Under the pieces are notes generated by a model. The model did no database searches, was not told where the DNA came from, and was given only the letters and a program-made list of their open reading frames with translations. 64,000 bases of DNA from Prorocentrum cordatum (taxonomy: Eukaryota): positions 1 through 64,000 of the forward strand of contig CAUYUJ010000009.1 of NCBI GenBank assembly GCA_963575745.1, read 5' to 3'. Positions 14,463 to 25,935 of the stretch are shown here, piece by piece (the first letter of the stretch is position 1; every line of letters begins with the position of its first letter). The position numbers were made by a program, and so were the translations under genes.

Positions 14463-14849
14463 CCAGCAGCGGTAGAACAGGCTCTTTCGTAGATACAGAC
14501 ATGCATGCGTGCGCACACACATGCATACAGTCATATATACATACGTACGTACACACATGCATACACTACGTTAATACATACAGACATGCATACATATATG
14601 CAGGCATACATACGTTCATGCGTACATGCATGCATGCATGCATTCATACATGTATCCATGCATCCATACATACGTACATACATGCATGCATGCATGCAGA
14701 CAGACAGACAGACAGACAGGCAGGCAGGCAGACAGACAGACAGACGGACAGACAGACAGACATATTAGAACCACGCGCGCGCTTCGAGCGCGCGTTGGTT
14801 CTAGCAACCTATAGTTGTAGTCGAAAGTGTTCGGCATCGGAGGACATAT

Positions 14850-15600
14850 ATTGTCACACGGATCGTGCACCTCAGGGAACTCCACCTGCGGCCCCAGAGA
14901 CGAGTCTAGCTCAGGGTCCCTGGGAATCCCCCCGCCCATCCCAGCACACCCCTCACAGGGATCGCGTCCCCCAGGGAGATCCACCTACATCCCCAGAGAC
15001 GAGGTTCGCACAGTGGCACGTCCCTGTCGCGGAACGTGCCTCGCAAGTAAATGCATGTGCGGCACCAGGGGGGAGCTTCATAGCACCGCCCCGCTCGCTT
15101 CGGCACACCTCTCACACGTATCTTGGCCCGCAAGGAGTTCCACGGACGGCCCCAAAGACAGGGTTTGCATCCCGCCCTGCCGCCTACTTCGGCACACCTC
15201 GCACACGGATCGTGATCGTGGCTTACAAGGATCTCCACCCACGGCCTCAGAGGCAGGGTTCGCACTGCGCCCCCCCAAGCCATTGCGGCACACCCCATCA
15301 CGCGGATAGTGCCCACAAGGAGCACCACCTCTAAAGGCCCACAGACAAAGTTCGCACAACGTCCCCCTGCCCATGTCGGCACACCTGTCACGCGAATCAT
15401 GCCCCAGAAGGAGCTCCACCTATGGCACCAATGGGCAGTTTCGCATGGCGTCCCCGCGCTCAGTTCGGAACATGCCTCGCATGGGGCGTGCTCGGAGGAG
15501 GTCCACCTGCGGCCTCAATGGGCATGTTCGCGTGGCCCTTCACGCGGATCGTGCCCCACACGGATATCAGCGCACCCGTGCACGCGTGCCCCGCGGCAGC
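14850..15600 (-). repeat. Diverged, inverted copies of the 89-bp repeat
   Basis: CGGCACACCTCTCACACGTATCTTGGCCC is close to the reverse complement of the 89-bp unit core and recurs in decayed form. Confidence 0.65.
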
Positions 15601-15849
15601 CATCTTTCCGCATTGCCCCGCTGCACGCAGTGTATGAAGAGAGACCCGCGCCCTGCACTGCACAAGACTGCACACGGATGAGTCCAGCACCAAACCAACT
15701 GCTTGCTTATCTATGGCCTTCGACCCGTGCCGCTACTATGCCTGAGTTTGGGGCCAGAGGATTCCTGGATGCATGTAATTCGTGGACTCTTGGCATGCCC
15801 CTCGGGAGCCTCGTGGAGCGAATTTTGAAGCTTCTTGTGGCCTCATATG

Positions 15850-17790
15850 GGCCCTGTGGGGGCATCTTGGGCATCTTCTTGGGCCCTTGGAGGCCTCTTG
15901 GGTCCCTGCTGCGGCCGGTGGGGCCGACTGGTGGCGGAGGACTCGAAATCTCATTTGGAGTTCCGCCCCTTGGACTCCTCTTAGGACCGTCTTGAGCCGT
16001 CTTGGCGCCTCTTGGACCATCTTGGGGCTCTCTTGGGCCGTCCTGGGGCCCTCTTGGAGGCCTCTTGGGCCGTATTGGAGCGCCCTGTAGGGCCTCTTGG
16101 GCCGTTGTGGACGCTGCTAAGACCCAAAAAGCCAATTTTGGCATATTGGGGCCCTCTCGGGGCGCATCTTGGAGCCACCCTAGGACATCTTCGGGGCCTC
16201 TTGACCCGTCTTGAAAGAAGTATTCGGGCGTCTTCGGCCCTGTCAGGCCGTTCTGGTCGAATTTTGGTGACCTCTGGAGCAGTTTTGAGCGGCGGAGGAG
16301 AGGTCCGAGAGACCCCTGAAGGGCCAAGATCCCGCCCGGGCCCCGCCCCCTAGTACCAGCAGCAGCAGCACCAGCAGCACCACCAACAGCAGCACCAGCA
16401 CCAGCACCACTCTCGCGCGACAACTTGCCTGACCGCTCTTGGGGTCTTCTTGAACCCTCCTGGGGCCATTTTGGGGCCCTCTAGGAGCGTTCAGGACCCT
16501 CGAAGACGACTTGGGAGGGCCCCAAGAAGGCCGCAGGGGCGTCCAAGGGGGCCCCAAGAGCAGACAAGCATCGATCACGCGAGCGCTCTCTGGCGTGACC
16601 GCTCTTGGGGTCCTCTCGGAACCCTCTTGTGGCCTTCTTGGAGCCCCCTGGGGCCCTCCTGGGGCCGCTGAGGGCCGCGTCGATGATTTTGGAGCCGCCT
16701 TTGGCCGTGCGAGGGTCCTCCTGGGGCCGCTGTGGGGCCGCCTTGGAAGCCTTTGGGGCTCTCTTGGGGGACTCGCAATGCTGGTGCCATCTTGGAGGCC
16801 TCTTGGTCCGCATTGGACCATCGGAAAGCTGTAAAGGTGAGAACGCGAAAATCCTTCAAAACCTCTGAACAATCTATGAATTCTGCTCTTTGGGGGTCTC
16901 GTGGAGGCCTCGTGAGGGCTCCGGGAGGCATCTTGGAGGCCTCTTCGGGCCTCTTGGGGGGTTCTTGGGGGCCTCCCGGGGCTTCGTGGGGACCTCTCTG
17001 GGCGGAGGGCTCGAATGTCCGTTCGGGGCCCCCGGCTGGACCCTCTCTGAAGTCGCCTTGGAGGTCTCTGGGGCCGTCTTGGAGGCCTCCTAGGCCGTCT
17101 TGGAGGCCTCTCGGGACCGTCTTGGAGCTCTCTCTGGGCGTCTTGGGTCTCTCTTGGAAGCCTCTTGGGCAATATTGCGGTGATCTTGGAGGCCTCTTGG
17201 CGTCTCGGGCCGCCTTGTAGCATTAGGAAGTTAAAAAGGCGAGAACGCGAAAATCCTTCGAAAATGTTGGCTCCAATATGGATTTGGCTCTTTGGGGGAC
17301 CTCGTGGAAGCCTCGTTAGGCCTCTTGGAGGCCTCGCGGGGGCTTCTTGGAGGCCTCTTCGGGCCCCTTGGGGGGTCCGTGGGGGCCTCTCGGAGATCCC
17401 TGGGGGCCTCTCGGGGCCGAGGGCTCGAAATGTCCGTTCGGGGCCCCCAGCTGGATCCTCTCCGGAGCCGTCTTGGGGACCTCTGGGACCGTCTTGGAGG
17501 CCTCTTAGGCCGTCTTGGAGCCCTCTCGGGGCCGTCTTGGAACTCTCTCGGGGCATCTTGGGGCTCTTGGGAGCCTCTCGGGCCGTATTAGGTCGTCCTT
17601 GGCGGTGTCTCGGGCCACCTGAGAGCATTTGGAAGCTGAAAAGGCGAGAAAACCAAGATCCCTCCAAAACCCGTGATCAATCATTGAATGTTGCCTCTTG
17701 GGAGGCCTCGTGGAGGCTCTTGGGAGGCCTCGTGAGGGCCTCTTGGGGCGTCTCGGGGGCCTCTTGGACAGTGCGACGCCAATCCTGGCC
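15850..17790 (-). repeat. GGCCCCAAGA/TCTTGGGGCC low-complexity repeat family (also 2080-2270, 25560-25700, 27320-27560)
   Basis: Recurrent motif with longer internal duplications. Confidence 0.8.
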
Positions 17791-17866
17791 AATCGGGGGC
17801 CGTCGTCGGTGAGAAAAAAAAAACACGTGGGAAAAACACACACCAAAAAACACACACACACACGCA

Positions 17867-17897
<31 letters not shown>

Positions 17898-18875
17898 CGT
17901 GTGTTGTCTTGTATGCATGTTGTGTGTGCTTGTTGTATGTGTTGTGTGTGTGTGTGTTTTGTGTTGTTTTTCCCCACAGTGCGTTTTTCTCCCACACGTT
18001 CTGGCGGTCTCGAAGCGCGTTCTCAAGCAGCCCGGGGCCGTCTTCGGACGAGCTCGGAGTTGTGTAGCCATTCATGGGAGGTTCCGCGGTACCCTTTGGC
18101 GTTTGCTTTCGTTTCCCTTTCAGTTCCCTTTTGGTTCCCTTTGGTTCCCTTTGGTCCCTTTTCGTTCCACGGCGCCGCGCGATGTCATGATGGCGAAGTC
18201 ATGTCCTTCTCATCATCACATCACCCGCATCAATCGACTCATTCGCGCCATCGGAGTTTTGCAAGTAGGCGAAACTTCGTCCGCGCCAAACTCGTTTGGT
18301 CCTTCAGTCTTGAATGAGCGTCTCCCACTGGGCCCAATCCGTGGTGGCGCAAGTAGCGGCCTTGAAATGTCACAACGCCGTCGCGTCGCGTTTAAAGGCA
18401 GCGCGGCACCACCCGCCTTTGATCAGAGGTGGTGGCGAAAGCGGCACCGCGGTCGGCTCTTTTGGCGATTGTCCCTTTGGCCTCCCTTGGAGGGCTCGCC
18501 CACCTCCTTGTGGTGTCTGGAGTTGCGTGCAAATCTACTGCAAAAAACTTTTTCCTCCTCTCTTCCTCCCCCCCTTTTCCTCCTCCTCCTCCTCCTTCTC
18601 CTCCTCCTCCTCTTCCTCCTCCTCCTCCGCCTCCTCCTCCTCCTCCACCTCCTCCTCCTCCCTCTCCTCCTCCTCCTCCTCGTCCTCCGGCCCCTCCTCC
18701 TCCTCCTCCTCCTCCTCCTCCTCCTCCTCCTATCTCAGAGCTGTGCCCCATTTGAGGATTGTACTCTCATGCCAGTAAGCCATAGTTTTTTATTCTCCAT
18801 ATCCTAAGATGGGGTTCTTGGTATTACTTGGACGCCTCCTACTGCCTCTTCCTCCTCTTCTTTCCTCCTCCCCTC

Positions 18876-19165
18876 CTCATACTCAGACTTACTCATACTC
18901 AGACTTATTCATACTCAGACCTACTCATACTCAGACTTACTCACACTCAGACATACTCATACACAGACTTACTCATACACAGACTTACTCACACCCATAC
19001 GTACTCATACACAGACTTACTCATACCAGACTTACTCAGATTACTCATACTCAGACTTACTCATACCTAGACGTACACACGCACAGATTTTCTCATACAC
19101 AGACCCACTCATACCCAGATTTACCCATACACAGACTTACTCATACACAGACTTACTCATACTCA
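18876..19165. repeat. 16-bp tandem repeat TTACTCATACWCAGAC
   Basis: Direct inspection. Confidence 0.9.
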
Positions 19166-20415
19166 GGCATACAGAAGGCCTCAGGAAACCACAGGAGGCC
19201 CCAGGAGGCAACAGGAAACGCCAGGAGGCCTCGGAAGGCAACAGGAGGCCCCGAGAGGCCTCTGGAGCAGGAGGCCTCAGAAGGCAACAGGAGTGGCTCC
19301 AATCCCATGTGTTTTACGTATGCTCCTATCGATTGTGCCTCACCTGGAGCACGATTCTTTGATGTTCTACGTCTGTTTCTATAGATGGTCCTTCTCCTGT
19401 GAACACAATCCTAAATGTTTTACTCATGTTCCTATGTTTTGGGCCTCTCCTGGGGCGCGAATCCTTGGTGTTTTACGCATGTTCCTATAGATTGCTCTTC
19501 TCCTGTGGCTCTAATCCGCAATGTTTTATGTTCGTCTGTTGCTATAGGTTGCGCCCCTCCCGAGGCACGAAACCTTCCTAGGAGGTCCCAGGAGGTCCCA
19601 AGAGGCCCCTGGAGACCCCAGGAAGCCCCAGTAGGTTTCAGGAGGCCCCAGGAGGCCCCAGGCTCATGCACAGAGACGCACTCGCACTACTGAGGCTCAT
19701 TCACACTCCAATTCATTCGCAGTTAGATTGATGTCCAGACCGTCACAACTGAAGCCCGCTAATATTAGAAAGCGTTTGCGCCTAGACATTCACGGCGGGC
19801 AGGCCCATGCGAGTAGATGCACATATGGGGAGCTCCACGCAGTGAATAATCAGTTTACCAAACGCCACAGTTTTTCTTCATCATTTCTATATTTAGCTCG
19901 TCAACCTCCTCCTACTCCTCCTCCTCCTCCTCCCCTTCTCCTCCTCCTCCTCTTCCCCCTCCTCCTCCTCCCTTCTCCCTCCTATCTCATCCCTCCTACC
20001 TCCTCCTCCTCCCACCCCTTACGTTCTCCCACTCCCCCCCCCCCCCCCCCCCCCATCCCGCGCGCAAAAGGCAATAATTAGTTCATCATTTGTTGTAGAG
20101 CCATGGTTTTTCATCATTCTTATGTTTCTTTATTATATGGGCAGCTCCTCCTCCTCCTCCCCCCCCCCTCCTTCTCCTCCTCCTTCTCCTCTCCTCCTCC
20201 CTCTCCTCCTCCTCCTCCTCCTCCTCCTCCTCCTCCTCTCTCTCTTCCTCCTCCTCCTCCTCTCCTCCTCCCTCCTTTTCCTCGGCTCATGCTCCTTCGC
20301 AAACCCGTTCAAAAAAAGAAATACATAGCGGTCCTCGGATTTCAAACCGAGGGGGGGGTCCTTCCAGGTGCGTGCGTCACCTTGGGCAGCGCTGATCCAC
20401 TACCCACCCGGCCGC

Positions 20416-20448
<33 letters not shown>

Positions 20449-21027
20449 CCCCCCAACGGGGGTACCACCGAAGCCACTCCCTGGGAGCCGAGGTCTGCGG
20501 CGTCACCTGGGGCAGCGCTCCGCACTACCCACCAGGCCGTGCCCCCCTCAAACGAGGGGAGACCACCGAAGCCACTCCCTCCAGGTCCTCGAGCACATGC
20601 CAGGCAAGAAATACAAGAAAAGCAACTGCCAGGCATCATTGCTGAGGACATGTGACATCATCTCTGGGCGGCGAAATGCCAGTAACCTCGCGGCGCCACT
20701 TCAGAACGGACACTTTCACGAACACTCGTCGATCATCTCCGCCGCCGCACGAAAGGCCGTGGGTCTGTTTCGTGTCTGTCCCTCCGAATGAACTTGCTCC
20801 AATCCGAGAAAGCTCGCTCTCACGAGCTTGTAATGAATCCCCCTTCGAGGTCCCGCTTGGCCCCCGACGCACCAAAAAGTACCAGGCCTCGTCCGGCGGG
20901 CGTCCTCCCGATATCAGTTCGTTTTCCTCGGGCTCGGATGTTAAAGTCTTGCTCCGTCCTCGTCCCCAGACAAACCGCAGTCGTGATCTATTCCCACGAC
21001 CCAGCACGAAGCACCATCACAGCCTCA

Positions 21028-21848
21028 TACTGGACACTACTGGTGGTGCTACTGGACACTACTAGTGGTACTACTGGACACTACTAGTGGTGCTACTGGA
21101 CACTACTAGTGGTACTACTGGACATTACTAGTGGTACTACTGGACATTACTAGTGGTGCTACTGGACGCTACTACTGGTGCTACTGGACACTACTAGTGG
21201 TACTACTGGACACTACTAGTGGTACTACTGGACACTACTAGTGGTACTACTGTACACTACAGTTGTAGCTACTGGGGCACTACTAATGGTGCTACTGACA
21301 CTACTAGTGGGTGCTACTGAACCTACTAACTAGTGGTTTCTACTGGACACTACTATTTGGTACTACTGGACACTAGTGGTACTTACTGGACCACTACTAG
21401 TGGTGCTAACTGTACATACTAGTGGTACTACTGGACACTACTAGTGGTACTACTGGACACTACTAGTGGCACGACTGGTCACTACTAGTGGTACTACTGG
21501 ACACTACTAAGAGCACCACTAGTAGTGTCCAGTAGCACCACTAGTAGTGTCCAGTAGTACCACTGGTAGTGTCCAGCAGTAACACTAGTAGTGCCCAGTA
21601 GCACCACTAGTAGTGTCCAGTAGTATCACTGGTAGTGTCCAGTAGCACCACTAGTAGTGTCCAGTAGTACAAGTAGTAGCGTCCAGTAGTACCACTAGTA
21701 GTGTCCAGTAGTACCACTAGTAGTGTCCAGTAGTACCACTAGTAGTGCCCAGTAGTACCACTAGTAGTGTCCAGTAGTACCACTAGTAGTGTCCAGTAGC
21801 ACCACCAGTAGTGTCCAGTAGCACCACCAGTAGTGTTCAGTAGTACCA
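21028..21848. repeat. 22-bp tandem array that inverts at ~21511, forming a large palindrome
   Basis: CTACTGGACACTACTAGTGGTR on the left; YACCACTAGTAGTGTCCAGTAG on the right. Confidence 0.92.
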
Positions 21849-23540
21849 CGAGGGGGAGGAGGATCAGGAGGCGGAGGAGGAGGAACTGAGGAGGAGGAGG
21901 AGGAGGAGGAGGAGGAAGACCTGGAGGACGAGGGCGAGGTCGAGGAGGAGCAGGAGGAGGGGGAGGAGGAGACCGACGACGGGGTGGGCTCCCGCAGGCA
22001 CCCACGCCCGCAGCGACACCAGCACCGACGCCCGGGCCGACGAACAACTCCCACTCCGGCGCTGCAAAGGGGGGAGGGGGAGGAGGGGGAGGAGGAGGTG
22101 AAGGAGGAGAAGGAAGAGGAGGAGGACGGACGGGAGACGACGACGAATAAACGACGACGATGAGGAAGGACGAGGGGGAGGTAGGCTAAGAGGAGGAAGG
22201 AAGGAGGAGAGGAGGAGGAGGATGGGTGAGGTCAGGACGAGGAGGAGTGAGGAGGACGACGACGAGTGAGGAGACAGGAGGAGGAGGAAGGGGGAACCAA
22301 AAGGAACCAAAAGGGACCAAACGGAAACCAAAAATGCAACCATTTATGGTTCCTTTTTTGGTTCCTTTTGGGTTCCTTTTGGTTCCCTTTTGGTTCCTTT
22401 TGGTTCCCTTTTGGTTCCCCCCTCCTCCTCCTCCTCGTCGTCCTCCCCCTCCTCCTCCTCCTCCTCCTCCTTCCCCTCCTCGTCCTCCTTACGGACGGTG
22501 AATGTGGTCACGCAGTCGTCGTCGTCGTCGTCGGCGGGGCTCTTTTGGCCCCGCCCCCGCAGGCGGCGAGGCCAGCGTCGAGGCCGGCGTCGGCCTGCTT
22601 TCGGCCCAGCTGTTGCCGATGCTCTGAGAGGTGAGCTGTCCGGTTGGGCGCGGATGTGGAGGAGGAGGAAGAGGAGGAGGACGAGGAGGAGGAGGAGGGA
22701 TCCAGGATCCACACGCTTTTTCCGTGTTGCGACCGTGGCCGGAGCGGGACTTGCGATCTGGAGTGTTGTCGGACAGCATGTCCGATGCCGCTGCCTTGAA
22801 AAAAAAACAGTATTGATTTGTGCCCATTTCTCCCGAGTTGATCGTCGCGGCCAGCCCCATCCTTGCCCAACAGCAATCGCTGTCGGATAACGTTCCCCGC
22901 ATTTCGGTCCTCACCGAGCGCGCGGGAGAAAGTTCGTGAGGGTGGAGCGCATTGGAACCATGAGTAGGTTAGCTCCCGCCCAGAGGGGGAGGAGGGCGGG
23001 CAGGGGGAGGACCGAGGATACCTTTCCTGGGTTTCCTCCTCTTTCTCCTCTTCGTCGTCGTCGTCCTCCTCCTCCTCCCCCTCCTCCTCCTCTCCCTCCC
23101 CCTCTTTTTGTCTTCTCACCTCTGACTTGCCCCTTGCGCAGGCCCTTGGAGAGTCCATCCGTCAGGAGGGTCCATGTAACCTAAATGGGGTCTGCGCCTG
23201 GTCTTCTCTCTGCCGCCCTGCTCCTGTCCTGATACGTCTGTTTGTGCATGGCAGGAGAGCAGACCTCCTCGCGCCTACACGGCATCTCGGATTAGCGTCC
23301 CGATTGGATGCAACACTCGGGCCAGATAGTACGTGGGCCTCGCGGTCTGCATTCGGGTCAGACAGTACAATGGCCTCGCGCGTCTCGCTCGGGCCAGACA
23401 GTACGTGGGCAGCGCGCGCCTCACTCGGACCAGACAATACCCATGGGCCTCGCGCGGCGAGCTCGGGCCAGACAGTGCCCATGGGCCAGCGCTGCGCCAG
23501 CCGCCCCGTTCGGGCCCCCGCCCTGCCCGGAGGAGGGCCC

Positions 23541-23562
23541 CGTGTAGCCGCTTTGGTCCAAG
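23541..23562 (+). other. Degenerate relic spliced leader upstream of the nested gene
   Basis: GTAGCCGCTTTGGTCCAAG vs GTAGCCATTTTGGCTCAAG is 15/19, ungapped, all four differences transitions; 86 nt before the ATG. Confidence 0.55.
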
Positions 23563-23648
23563 ATCCCTTTGCGATACGTCCAGCGACGCCAGCCAGAGCG
23601 CGACTGGCACCCCCGCCCCGCCCTGTTCGGAGGAGAGCCGCGGCCGCA

Positions 23649-24911
23649 ATGGATGCTGAGTTGGAGAATATCAAGGCTACTCTCGTCGTTGATAAGAGTT
23701 CTCGGAAAGCGGCCAAGCGCGCCTTGAAGGCGTTTCAGGTGCAGGACCCCAACATCGATGCTGAGTCCGAGGAGGGCGTGCGCAAATAGCCAATGGCCTT
23801 TGGCGATGCTCGCCGCTGCTTCCGCTCGTTGCGAATCGTTTTCCCGCTGCAGCGATGGCCTCATTTCTGCGCTTCCGCTGGTTGCGAATCGTGCCCCCGC
23901 TGCAGCGCTGGCGCAATGTCCAACCCATGCCACAGCGTGCAACGCGCCGCTCAACGCGCGGGGGCGGATTTGGCGTTGAAGACGGTCCTCGCCTCTCGGA
24001 GCCCGCCTGAGCAGGTCACATGGGACAAGTTCAGCGGGTGGGTGGACGAGGCCTTCACGGAGGCGCCGTTCGAGGCCAAGTACTGGTGTGCGTTCAAAGC
24101 GACCCATCCTGATATACTCAACAACGCGAAGGTCACCTTGGTCTTCGTCGTCGTCGTCGCCCTTTTCCTCCTCCTCCTTCCCCTCCCCCTCTGCCTCCTC
24201 GTGGTTCCCGTCGCCGCCATCGCCCCCGTCAGGTGAAGAAGTTCGGCCCCGTCAACATTGCCACCATCGGGGGGAACCTCCCAGCTGGGATCAGCGCCGA
24301 CGACGTGTGGCTCTTTGACCCCAAATGCCTTCACGTCTTCAGCGTCGGAACCCATAAGATCAAAATCCGCACGGGCGCATGGAGCTCCTGCCCGGCGGCG
24401 TCAGGGGGAGCCCGCCCGCGGTTGGCGCTGCCGGCGCAGTCGGCGGCCCCCGCGGCGCTACCGGAACCGCAGGAGCAGTCGAAGGAGCAGCCAGCGCCAC
24501 AGGAGCACGTGAAGGAGGAGCCGAAAGCCCAGCCAGCCAACCCCGCCATGCCCAAGAACCGGGCCATCACCTCCGTGCCGTCAGACCCCGACAAGCGGCA
24601 TTGGTCCGAGAGGCTCGGCCATCAGGTGGTGGAGTCCGTGTCGAAGGGACAGTGGTATTGCAGCGATCCTGTGGTGCCCGGTAACGTCATGCATTGCCTC
24701 AGGGAGTACAAGAGGCACGTCTTGAATCTGGCTCCGAGTAGGACGGAATGGCCTCAACATGTTACGCGGTTCTTCTCTTACGTTTGCAACGAGATCTGCA
24801 AGACCACGCACTTGGATATCTTGAGCGTTCTTGTGGGCGAGCTCCGCAGCATCCACCAGAAGGCGCCGACCTTGCTCGACGACGGCGCCAAGGCGATTCG
24901 TTGGCAACTGG
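23649..24911 (+). CDS. Nested antisense spliced gene (or recent pseudogene), unknown product; about 3 exons
   Basis: ATG 23649 (MDAELENIKATLVVDK...), exon 2 ~23982-24131, clean phase-0 intron 24132-24232 (AAG|GT...CAG|GTG), exon 3 from 24233 with GC3-rich codons. First intron boundaries and 3' end are uncertain. Confidence 0.65.
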
Positions 24912-25751
24912 GTGGTATGTTTTCGACCAGGAGAAGGAAAAGTAGGAGGAGGAGGAGGAGCAGGAGGAGGAGGAGGATACCAAGAGACCCGACGTAGTAC
25001 CCGAAGATAGCCCCAAGAGGGTACCAAGAGAGATCCGAAAGCCCCGAGAAAAACTCCAGGATGGCTCCAATGTTGCCACGAACGGCCTCCGGGAAACTGC
25101 AAGAGAAATCCACTTTTCCTCTGCTCGCCCTCCTCCCTCCTATCCCACCAGCCCTTTGAGCGTGAGTGGTTTAGAGAGCTCTCTCTGTTCTCACCCCCCC
25201 TTCTTCCCCTTCGGGGAGGGGTTTACCCCTCCCCCTACCCCCTCCCCCTGGGCCTGGAGAGGTCCTTTCGCGGGTCGTCAGGGGGGTCATTTTCGACTCC
25301 TGCTAAAAAACGACACCCCTCACGAGGATTCTGGCCCCGACGGGGGGGGGCAGAATAAATGCCCCCTCTTCTTTGAAGCCAAAATCATTGATTTTACTAC
25401 GGTTTTGGCTTCATTTTGGCCTTCTGAGGGGGCAGCGCTAATTAAAGCTCCCCTCTTCTTTCAAGCCAAAATCACTGATTTTACTAAGGTTTTGGCCCCA
25501 TGTTGGCCTTCTGAGGGGGCAACGCTAATGAAAGCTCCCCTCTTCTTTGATCGATTTCCTCCAAGATGGCCCCAAGAAGCGCCCAGGAGGCACCAAGAGG
25601 CCCCAAGATGGCCCCAAGAGGCCCCCAGGAGGCCCCCAAGAGGATCCCAAACGGCCCAAAGAGGCCCCCCCGAGGCACCCAAGACGCCGAAAAGCCCATC
25701 AGGACGACCCTCTACTCGCCTGGGCGTCGTTTCTGGACGGGCAGGAGGAGG

Positions 25752-25935
25752 GGCCCGAACGACTCACACCAGGACGAGGGGCCCGAACAACTCACACCAC
25801 GAGAAGCCCGAACGACTCACATCAGGACGAAGAGCCCGAACGACTCACACCACGAAGAGCCCGAACGACTCACACCAGGAAGAAGGGCCCGAACGACTCA
25901 CACCATGACGAGAAACCCCAAACGACTCAAACCAC
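25752..25935. repeat. ~24-30-bp tandem repeat GCCCGAACGACTCACACCA.GA, about 7 copies
   Basis: Direct inspection. Confidence 0.85.

Noticed and set aside
25357..25550. TTTTGGC motifs resembling the SL
   Set aside because: They are part of a local ~85-bp tandem duplication with an internal inverted repeat; the flanks do not match the SL.
25752..25935. Short repeat-spacer array
   Set aside because: The intervening bases are 5-10 nt and related to each other; this is a minisatellite.
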